A stretch of 64,000 bases of DNA from Acutalibacteraceae bacterium (GTDB taxonomy: Bacteria > Bacillota > Clostridia > Oscillospirales > Acutalibacteraceae). The stretch's first letter is position 1. Each line of letters starts with the position of its first letter. The position numbers were made by a program, and so were the translations under genes. Below, piece by piece: positions 57,115 to 64,000 of this stretch. Under the pieces are notes generated by a model that saw only the letters and a list, made by a program, of their open reading frames with translations, searched no databases and had not been told where the DNA came from. The DNA lies in contig JAZRNB010000040.1 of NCBI GenBank assembly GCA_045647985.1, positions 3,293 through 67,292 on the forward strand, read 5' to 3'.

Positions 57115-57555
57115 ATGCATAAAGTATTTGGCGTTAAAGAAAAAGCTGAATATGCAGATAGAGAAGGTGCATATTTAATCCCTATTCATAACAATAAAAT
57201 GGGTGTAATAAAAACTGACAAAGGTTACTTTCTGCTTGGTGGCGGTTTAGATAAAAATGAAAGCCACGAGGATTGCATAAAAAGAGAATGTATTGAAGAA
57301 ACCGGCCATGCTGCTGCAATAAAAGAAAAAATATGTTCTGCTGAAGCCTATACCACACATCCTAAATTAGGGCATTTTCATCCTGTTCAGAGTTATTATG
57401 TTGGTGAACTCAAACAAAGGGTTTCTGCGCCGATAGAAGCAGACCATATTTTAATGTGGTTCAAATATGAAGAAATAAAAGGCAAAATGTTTGCTGAAAT
57501 GCAGAATTGGGCATTGGAGCAAGTATGGAATGAGGTTATGAAATGGAATTTATAA
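57115..57555 (+). CDS. NUDIX hydrolase
   Basis: Nudix box GGGLDKNESHEDCIKRECIEETG (GX5EX7REUXEEXGU). ATG 57115 follows a GGGGGTG RBS. Confidence 0.8.
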   Translation: MHKVFGVKEKAEYADREGAYLIPIHNNKMGVIKTDKGYFLLGGGLDKNESHEDCIKRECIEETGHAAAIKEKICSAEAYTTHPKLGHFHPVQSYYVGELKQRVSAPIEADHILMWFKYEEIKGKMFAEMQNWALEQVWNEVMKWNL

Positions 57556-57911
57556 ATCGTAAAAACATAAAAGAACTTTCAAATCCTGGTGTTATTTCAA
57601 AGCAACTTATAAACCCCGAAAACTCAAAAAGCGAAAGAGTTACAATAACGGAAGTTCATCTTGAAGTCGGTGCAATTCAGCCAAGACACAAACACGATTC
57701 TTCAGAACAAATTTGGTATGCTATTCAAGGAACAGGCAAATTACTTCTTGCCGACGAAAAAGAAATGATTTTCACCGCAGGTGATGTTGTCAGATTTGCT
57801 GCTAATGATATTCATGGTTTATTGAATGATGGTGAAACTGATTTTGTGTATATTTCTGTTACTTCGCCACCGATAGATTTTGGATATGCCTACAAAGATA
57901 AAAGCAACTAA
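57543..57911 (+). CDS. Cupin-domain protein
   Basis: 122 aa. The pattern QPRHKHDSSEQIWY...GDVVRF..NDIHG is a cupin_2 His/Glu pattern. It overlaps the NUDIX gene by 13 nt. Confidence 0.65.
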   Translation: MEFINRKNIKELSNPGVISKQLINPENSKSERVTITEVHLEVGAIQPRHKHDSSEQIWYAIQGTGKLLLADEKEMIFTAGDVVRFAANDIHGLLNDGETDFVYISVTSPPIDFGYAYKDKSN

Positions 57912-58030
57912 TACTGATACAAATACAATTGTTGATTTGACGAGGTTTTAATTATGGCTGAATCAGAAAAAGTAATTTTAACCAATAAGTATGGTATAAT
58001 TCGATTGAATAAATTGTTGAGGTGACATTT

Positions 58031-58549
58031 ATGGAAATAAAAGAGTATGAAGAAAAATATGCAAAAGAAATGTCAGAAATTATTTTAAGTAATTTATATA
58101 CTATAACTATAAAAGATCATGGACAAGAAGTAGTTGATAGAATATCCAGACATTTTACAGAAGAAGAGATAAAGAAGAATTTTCCTAAACGAATCAAGTG
58201 TTTTGTTGCTATTGAGGGGGATAAAGTGTTAGCGACAGCAAGTATAGATAATGTAAATGGTATGTACGGTATTCAGGCAGAAAATCCAGAAAACAAATAT
58301 ATAATACTTACTGTATTTACACATCTTGAATATCAAAAGCGAGGTATTGGCAAAGCTCTTATACAAAAAATTGATGAATATGCTGAGGAAATTGGTGCAG
58401 ACGAAGTGATTATACCTGCATCAGTTTATGGTCTTGAATTTTATAGAAAGCTTGGATATGACTTTTATAATGGAAATTCTACACAAAATGAAGATGGAGA
58501 GTATATATTATCCAAACATTTTAATAAAAAAACAAAAAAGAATTTATAA
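58031..58549 (+). CDS. GNAT N-acetyltransferase
   Basis: YQKRGIGKALIQKIDEYA is motif A. ATG 58031 is preferred over GTG 58022. Confidence 0.7.
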   Translation: MEIKEYEEKYAKEMSEIILSNLYTITIKDHGQEVVDRISRHFTEEEIKKNFPKRIKCFVAIEGDKVLATASIDNVNGMYGIQAENPENKYIILTVFTHLEYQKRGIGKALIQKIDEYAEEIGADEVIIPASVYGLEFYRKLGYDFYNGNSTQNEDGEYILSKHFNKKTKKNL

Positions 58550-58608
58550 AAAATCATCAAAAAATAAAGAAATTTAATTATGGAATAATAAATTCGACAA
58601 AAAAGAAC

Positions 58609-59190
58609 ATGGAGAGGAATAGCAGAATTATGAAACATTGCGGAACACAAATGTTAGAAACAAGCAGATTGATTTTAAGAAGATATGTGAACGAAGATGC
58701 TGCCGCGATGTATAAGAATTGGGCATCCGATTCAGAGGTCACTAAATATTTAATGTGGCAGACACACTCCAGTGAGACGGTCAGCCAAAGCATTATAAAT
58801 GAATGGTTAAAAGAATATTCTAACGATAATTATTATCATTGGGCTATCGTATTAAAAGAAAACGGTAATGAACCTATTGGTGATATTGCCGTTGTACATA
58901 TGAACGAAGAAGTTTCAATGATGCATATCGGTTATTGTATAGGTAGAGATTGGTGGCATCAAGGGATTACATCAGAAGCACTTAAAGCAATTATGGATTT
59001 TTTATTTGATGTAGTAGATGCAAATCGTATTGAATCAAGACACGACCCGAGAAATCCAAACTCCGGCGGAGTAATGAAAAAATGCGGCATGAAGTACGAA
59101 GGAACTTTACGTAGCTCTGATTGGAATAATCAGGGAATCTGTGATGCTTGTTATTATGCTTTGTTAAAATCAGAGCGCTATGGTGACTAA
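58609..59190 (+). CDS. GNAT N-acetyltransferase (RimJ/RimL-like)
   Basis: LETSRLILRRY start, WHQGITSEALKAIMDFLF, and the ending NSGGVMKKCGMKYEGTLR. The true start may lie at an internal Met (58630 or 58651). Confidence 0.7.
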   Translation: MERNSRIMKHCGTQMLETSRLILRRYVNEDAAAMYKNWASDSEVTKYLMWQTHSSETVSQSIINEWLKEYSNDNYYHWAIVLKENGNEPIGDIAVVHMNEEVSMMHIGYCIGRDWWHQGITSEALKAIMDFLFDVVDANRIESRHDPRNPNSGGVMKKCGMKYEGTLRSSDWNNQGICDACYYALLKSERYGD

Positions 59191-59192
59191 TA

Positions 59193-59705
59193 ATGAAAGT
59201 AGAATTAAAACAGTTAAATGTTAATATGGCTGAACAAGAATATGACATGCTACAAGGTATTCTTGATATAGAAAATGGCTTTACAAATCCTGCATATAAC
59301 TTGTCCTACAAGAAATACCAAAAATGGTTGCAAGAAATGGATAATCATTCACGTGGTATTGATTTACCAAAGGGTTGGATTCCTTATACTACATATTTTT
59401 TGTATATTGATGATATCCCGGTAGGCTATGGCAGAGTAAGACATTCGTCATCTGAATATTTGGAAACTGTCGTTGGTGCAGGAAATCTTGGATATGGTAT
59501 TTCAAAAGAATACCGTGGTAAAGGTTTTGGAAATATCCTGTTTAAAGAATTATTGAAAAAATGCAAAGAACATGGCTATAATGAAATCAAGTTATTTCCG
59601 TTGAAAACAAACGAAGCTACTGTAAAGATAATGCTTAAAAACGGTGGAAAGATAATCGGTGATTTCAAAGGCGAAAAACATATTGTATTAATTCCGTTAC
59701 ATTAA
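59193..59705 (+). CDS. GNAT N-acetyltransferase
   Basis: EYRGKGFGNILFKELLKKCKEHG is motif A. It starts 2 nt after the preceding stop. Confidence 0.65.
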   Translation: MKVELKQLNVNMAEQEYDMLQGILDIENGFTNPAYNLSYKKYQKWLQEMDNHSRGIDLPKGWIPYTTYFLYIDDIPVGYGRVRHSSSEYLETVVGAGNLGYGISKEYRGKGFGNILFKELLKKCKEHGYNEIKLFPLKTNEATVKIMLKNGGKIIGDFKGEKHIVLIPLH

Positions 59706-59733
59706 TTGACATTCTAATTTAGGGGGGATACTA

Positions 59734-60216
59734 ATGTTAAGATTAAGACCTTACAATAAAAATGATGCAGACACAATACTTTCTTGGAGTAAAGAGAAAA
59801 TATCCTTTTACAAATGGTCTGCAGGAGTTATGGGCAAGTATCCCTTAAGCAAAAAGCGATTCAGCTTCGTTGAAAATCTTATGGCTTTTACTGCTATTGA
59901 AGATGATGAGGTCGTAGGATTTTTTACTATGAGAAGACCGTCAGAAAGCTTTGACGAACTGAGATTCGGCTTTGTAGTTGTTGACCCCACAAAGCGTGGT
60001 AAAGGCTACGGCAAAGCAATGCTTCAGTTAGGTTTGAAATTTGCAAAAGAAATCTATGGTGCAAAAAAAGTTTCTTTAGGTGTATTTGAAAATAATGAAT
60101 CTGCTTATTACTGTTACAAAGCAGTTGGTTTTCAAGATGTTGTTTTGGAAAAGAAAGAAACCTATACTGTACTTGGCGAAGAATGGAAATGTTTAGAATT
60201 GGAAATGCAACCATAA
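59734..60216 (+). CDS. GNAT N-acetyltransferase
   Basis: PTKRGKGYGKAMLQLGLKFA is motif A. LRLRPYNKNDADTI is a typical start. Confidence 0.7.
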   Translation: MLRLRPYNKNDADTILSWSKEKISFYKWSAGVMGKYPLSKKRFSFVENLMAFTAIEDDEVVGFFTMRRPSESFDELRFGFVVVDPTKRGKGYGKAMLQLGLKFAKEIYGAKKVSLGVFENNESAYYCYKAVGFQDVVLEKKETYTVLGEEWKCLELEMQP

Positions 60217-60251
60217 ACTATCATGTATTTATTTTCTTAAGGTGATTTTCA

Positions 60252-60824
60252 ATGGATAATTATAATTTGATTAATATAATTAAAAACAAATATCTCAGTA
60301 ACAATAAAGAAGATGTTTTGAAGCATGTTGAAACTGTGGCAGAATTAGCTATCGGTTTAGCTGAAGTATATAGCCTTGATGTTACAAAAACAAATCTTGC
60401 AGCATTACTTCACGATATAAGTGGAACAATGACACCCCAGGAAATGTATGATTTTGCAATAACGAAAGGATTAGAAATAGACCCTGCCGAAGAAAAATAC
60501 CATGCTCTTTTACATCAAAGAGTTTCAAAAATCATAGCACAGGAAGAATACTGTATTACCGATTCAGATGTTCTGAATGCAATTGAATGCCATACAACTC
60601 TAAGAAAAAATGCAAGTATATATGATAAGGTTATATTCATAGCAGATAAAATATCTTGGGACCAAAAAGGTGTACCATCATATGATGATTTACTAAAAGG
60701 TGGTTCTGTTGAATCATTAAATGAAGCCTGCTACCTTTATATAAAATATCAATTTGATAACAATATGTTAGTTATGCCTCACCAATGGTTAATTGAGGCT
60801 TACGAGGAATTGCAAAAAGCATAG
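60252..60824 (+). CDS. HD-domain phosphohydrolase (YqeK-like)
   Basis: LLHDISG is the HD motif, followed by HALLH and ECHTT. 190 aa. Confidence 0.6.
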   Translation: MDNYNLINIIKNKYLSNNKEDVLKHVETVAELAIGLAEVYSLDVTKTNLAALLHDISGTMTPQEMYDFAITKGLEIDPAEEKYHALLHQRVSKIIAQEEYCITDSDVLNAIECHTTLRKNASIYDKVIFIADKISWDQKGVPSYDDLLKGGSVESLNEACYLYIKYQFDNNMLVMPHQWLIEAYEELQKA

Positions 60825-60832
60825 GTGATTTT

Positions 60833-61633
60833 ATGGTTTATGACGTTAGAACACCAGAGGCAGCAACACAAACGCTTGCTGACATTACGGGTATACCCTA
60901 TAACTTTTGGGTTTATGAGAGTTATTTGACTGATGGAAATGTTGATGCAGATTATTTGTATGATATTATAGAGAAATACAATGGTCATTTACCTCCATTT
61001 GAAGATTTATATCTGATTATCAGTCATATAACAACTAGTGCAAACGGTTGCATTGAAATCGCAGAGAACGGAATCGGTGATTTGCAATCTGCATACAGAA
61101 ATCCAAATTCAGAATTAAGGCAGTTTTTAGATATAAATGGTATCGATATACGGATTAATAATTCTTGTTTAGTACACAATGGAACGTATTACAGTATTGA
61201 ATACGATAGATATGATTGTCCTTTGGATGATGAAAGCATAGAACATAAAGGTTGGTGTGTGGGTAGGAAATTTTATAGTGACAACAGTCTCTGTGGTTTC
61301 TTTGCTATTGATGCAGAAAGGCCTTATGGTGGATATGTTCACGAACGACCTGAGATACTTTATAATATTGATGAGCTGTTAAACACAAACTTAGCAGATG
61401 CTTGGAAAAATAGTCATACTGCATATGAAGTTATTATTAAGATACATAGTAGTGAAGTGGAATTATATGGACACGACAATGATGAAGATGAGACAAAGAT
61501 AATTAGACTATTATTGGATGCATTTTATGAAATGTGTTCAGGTTCATCAGAAGTTCTTGCTCAATGCAAACCTGATGTTAAAATAACCCCCGACAGAATA
61601 GTTTCTATTTTGCCTTTTGATAAATGGCAATAA
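60833..61633 (+). CDS. Hypothetical protein
   Basis: 266-aa ORF with an AGGTGA RBS, tightly packed in the operon. No motif was recognised. Confidence 0.45.
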   Translation: MVYDVRTPEAATQTLADITGIPYNFWVYESYLTDGNVDADYLYDIIEKYNGHLPPFEDLYLIISHITTSANGCIEIAENGIGDLQSAYRNPNSELRQFLDINGIDIRINNSCLVHNGTYYSIEYDRYDCPLDDESIEHKGWCVGRKFYSDNSLCGFFAIDAERPYGGYVHERPEILYNIDELLNTNLADAWKNSHTAYEVIIKIHSSEVELYGHDNDEDETKIIRLLLDAFYEMCSGSSEVLAQCKPDVKITPDRIVSILPFDKWQ

Positions 61634-61655
61634 TTTAAGAAAAGGAGTTGAAAGT

Positions 61656-62420
61656 ATGGATACCACAAAAAAATTCAATGGTATAGCAAACGAATATACT
61701 CAGAGCAGACCAAGTTATGCGGCAGAATTTATTGAGTGCTTATTAAGCAAATACGAATTTTCTGCTTCATCTGTTGTTGCCGACATAGGTTCAGGCACAG
61801 GTAAGTTTGCAAAACAGCTTCTTGATAAAGGTAGCAATGTTATTTGTGTTGAGCCGAACACTGATATGCGACTTGTGGCTGAAAAAGAATTATGTGAATA
61901 TCCTAACTTTAAATCTGTTGCCGGTAGTGCGGAAAACACAATGCTCCCTGATAGTTCTGTTGATTTCATAACTACTGCACAAGCATTTCATTGGTTTGAT
62001 ACAAAAAGTTTTAAAGAAGAATGTTCCCGAATAATCAAGCCTAACGGAAAAGCATTTCTAATTTGGAATACCAGAGATACTGAAGCATTGATTAATCAGA
62101 AATTACATAGTGTTTATTCCAAGTATTGTCCTAACTTTAATGGTTTTAGCGGTGGCACAAAGCCACATGATGACCGAATTAAATATTTCTTTGATAATAA
62201 TTATGAATATATAACTTTTGACAATCCGTTATATTTTGACAGAGAAAAATTTATAAACCGTAGTCTTTCAGGCTCATATTCTTTGAAAAAAGGCGACAGC
62301 AATTTTGACTTGTACATAGAAGAAATAGAAAATATTTTTGATGAGTTTGAAACCGACGGTATTGTGAAAATCGAAAATCAGACAGTCGCTTATATCGGTA
62401 CAGTAAAAAAAGAGGTTTAA
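61656..62420 (+). CDS. Class I SAM-dependent methyltransferase
   Basis: VADIGSGTGKFAKQLLDKGSNVICVEPNTDM is motif I plus the acidic loop. ATG 61656 follows an AAGGAG RBS. Confidence 0.75.
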   Translation: MDTTKKFNGIANEYTQSRPSYAAEFIECLLSKYEFSASSVVADIGSGTGKFAKQLLDKGSNVICVEPNTDMRLVAEKELCEYPNFKSVAGSAENTMLPDSSVDFITTAQAFHWFDTKSFKEECSRIIKPNGKAFLIWNTRDTEALINQKLHSVYSKYCPNFNGFSGGTKPHDDRIKYFFDNNYEYITFDNPLYFDREKFINRSLSGSYSLKKGDSNFDLYIEEIENIFDEFETDGIVKIENQTVAYIGTVKKEV

Positions 62421-62421
62421 T

Positions 62422-63009
62422 ATGAACAGACAGTATGCTGAAAAATTAATTGCAGAAGCAAAAGAGTTAAACGGCGGTGCGTGGATTGACCATTCATATA
62501 ATGTCGCTCGTTTAGCTGAAAAGATTGCAAGTAAAGCAAATATGGATACTGAAAAGGCTTACATCATTGGACTTCTCCACGATATAGGAAGAAGAAACGG
62601 CACAATGCAAGCTCGTCATGCTTTGGAAGGCTATAATTATTTAACAAGCATCGGTTTTGATGATGGTGCAAGAATTTGCATGACACATACTTTTCAATAT
62701 AAAGATGTTGATGCTATTTATGATAGTTGGGATTGCTCTGCAGATGAAAAGCAGTTTATAAAAAATTATCTTGATAGTGTTACATACGATGACTATGATA
62801 AGCTAATTCAGTTGTGTGATGCTTTATCATTAGCAAACGGCTACTGCTATGCCGAAAAGAAAATGGTAAACAGTATTTTGAAATTTGATTTTAAAGATAC
62901 CACCGCAAATAAATGGAAAGCTATATTAGAGTTAAAAGATTATTTTGATGCTTTGATTTGCGGAGATGTTTATTCTTTGTTTTGCGAGTTAAAACAAGCT
63001 AAGTGGTGA
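62422..63009 (+). CDS. HD-domain protein
   Basis: HSYNVARLAEKIA...LLHDIGRR is an H...HD pattern. It starts 1 nt after the preceding stop. Confidence 0.6.
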   Translation: MNRQYAEKLIAEAKELNGGAWIDHSYNVARLAEKIASKANMDTEKAYIIGLLHDIGRRNGTMQARHALEGYNYLTSIGFDDGARICMTHTFQYKDVDAIYDSWDCSADEKQFIKNYLDSVTYDDYDKLIQLCDALSLANGYCYAEKKMVNSILKFDFKDTTANKWKAILELKDYFDALICGDVYSLFCELKQAKW

Positions 63010-63030
63010 AACATAAAAACAATAGTTATT

Positions 63031-63057
63031 GCCCTCACATTTGTGGGGGCAATTTTA
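63031..63057 (+). terminator. Stem-loop after the cargo operon
   Basis: Stem gccctcaca / tgtgggggc (one G-T pair) followed by aatttta. The T tail is weak. Confidence 0.45.
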
Positions 63058-63097
63058 ATATATCAAAGCCTGCCTTTAAAGCAACGGAAGAAGCACT

Positions 63098-63295
63098 ACA
63101 AAAAACCGTCACATAGACAGAACAAACTGCGGAAAGACATTTCATCCTCTTGCTTTGTTTGCACTGAAACTATGTAACGGCTTAAACTTTAAGCTTTGCT
63201 TGTCCGTATGTTACTAACCGAGTATCGGACTATACTTTCTCTGGTCAGATAATATGTGTAGCATAAAGCTAAAAAGTAAAATACATGTGGTTCAG
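63098..63295. repeat. Direct repeat copy 2 (~198 bp)
   Basis: Same orientation as 56358-56556 and about 87% identical. It ends 7 nt before the stop codon of the minus-strand SIR2-like gene. Confidence 0.85.
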
Positions 63296-63302
63296 CTTAT
63301 TG

Positions 63303-64000
63303 CTATATATTTTCTTCAATGAAATAAAGTATCGAATCTGTTTGAGCATAATCTTCAATATAGATGGGTTCAACATTCAAATTATCTCTAAAATATCTTT
63401 CCATAACATTTCCCATAGGTTTCATAATTGAATAATGCTTAGGAGCTTTATTACCTTTAGTTTCATGTATGCTTTGTAGAAAAGCAAGAATATTTACATC
63501 TGAAAAACCAAACCCTACAAAAACACATGTTTTTTCAGATAAAAGGCGTTCTACTGCTTTCCTATATTTTTCACTGCGATATAAAAGTTTTGAATATTCT
63601 GTATCCCCAAAAACAATAGAACTGGCATTATCATAGGTGCCGTGAAGTTTGACTATTGGTGTTTCTTCATTATCTAAAACCTGAACTATGCAATCATAAC
63701 CTTCATCAATAAGGTTTTTAGGTAATATAACTTTAGAATTACTCCTGTATTTTTCTAAAAAATTATCATAATTAGTAGTTAGTATAATTCTGAAAGGAAG
63801 TTTTGAAAGGATTTCTTGCCTTGCAGAACGGCGTCCCTTAGTAGATAAATATTTCCTTATGTATTGGCTAAACCATTGCTCACCTAATCGGTAACGTAGA
63901 TAATCTGCGACTATTAAGAACTTCCCATCTGACAACAATTTTTGCAATTCTTCTCTCTCACATTCAGGTAATACCACTCGATTGTCTAGCTCATCTAATC
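63303..64000 (-). CDS. SIR2-like (SIR2_2 / DHS-like NAD-binding) domain protein, partial (5' end outside the window)
   Basis: RIILTTNYDNFLE and VFVGFGFSDVNI match the SIR2_2 family pattern. The expected N-terminal GAGxS block is missing and the reading frame stays open to the window edge. Confidence 0.6.
   Translation of the reverse strand, partial: LDELDNRVVLPECEREELQKLLSDGKFLIVADYLRYRLGEQWFSQYIRKYLSTKGRRSARQEILSKLPFRIILTTNYDNFLEKYRSNSKVILPKNLIDEGYDCIVQVLDNEETPIVKLHGTYDNASSIVFGDTEYSKLLYRSEKYRKAVERLLSEKTCVFVGFGFSDVNILAFLQSIHETKGNKAPKHYSIMKPMGNVMERYFRDNLNVEPIYIEDYAQTDSILYFIEENI

Larger units (their letters stand above)
45519..64000. mobile_element. Integrated mobilizable element(s), mosaic, left junction inside spoVAD; right end outside the window
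   Basis: SpoVAD homology is lost at about 45516-45545. TnpV, a large serine recombinase, a MobV relaxase and a ParB-like gene are present. Composition is mosaic and cargo/defence-type genes are carried. No phage structural genes are seen. Confidence 0.75.

Noticed and set aside
57115-63009. The cargo block as an integron-style cassette array.
   Set aside because: The genes abut or overlap, with gaps from a 13-nt overlap to about 60 nt. There is no room for attC sites, and no IntI-type tyrosine integrase is visible.
45519-64000. The inserted DNA as a prophage, like skin or SPbeta.
   Set aside because: No capsid, tail, terminase, portal or lysis genes were recognised. A MobV relaxase and TnpV point to a mobilizable transposon or IME instead.
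1-64000. Scan of the whole window for CRISPR arrays, rRNA and tRNA genes.
   Set aside because: No regularly spaced 25-40-nt direct repeats, no rRNA-like conserved blocks and no cloverleaf-capable tRNA sequences were seen by eye. A tRNAscan, Infernal or CRISPR finder run should confirm this.

Overview
All family calls below come from reading motifs by eye; no database search was run.

The window comes from a low-GC, spore-forming Firmicute, probably Clostridia-like. This is inferred from the spoVA genes, the GGAGG-type ribosome-binding sites and the protein families present. It splits into three parts.

(1) 1-43.2 kb is ordinary chromosome, densely packed with genes for using host glycans and glycoconjugates:
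- GH38 alpha-mannosidase, GH29 alpha-L-fucosidase, a GH33 sialidase and a BNR sialidase-like protein
- a SASA-type sialate O-acetylesterase-like enzyme, a GH30-like and a GH28-like enzyme
- several GPH/MFS transporters
- three tandem ceramidase-like paralogs
- two bacterial GH3-family adenylating enzymes, one paired with an HxxxDG condensation-like protein

(2) 43.2-45.5 kb holds rpsF-ssb-rpsR, then spoVAC, then a spoVAD that loses homology after about 206 codons.

(3) From about 45.52 kb to the window end is mosaic mobile DNA inserted into spoVAD. It contains:
- a TnpV homolog
- an AT-rich three-gene operon, described below
- a leftward MobV relaxase / ParB-like / small ORF / large serine recombinase operon, reminiscent of Tn4451-family mobilizable transposons
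- a pair of ~199-bp direct repeats, about 87% identical, bracketing a ~6.5 kb cargo block (NUDIX, cupin, four GNATs, two HD proteins, a methyltransferase)
- a partial SIR2-like gene at the window edge

The best candidate for an undescribed system is the operon at 46.4-51.2 kb. It encodes a PHP phosphoesterase fused to an SMC/Rad50-like ABC ATPase, an S24 LexA-type peptidase protein with no DNA-binding domain, and a DUF4062-like protein. It has its own promoter, a leader hairpin and a terminator, and it sits in the cargo slot of the element.
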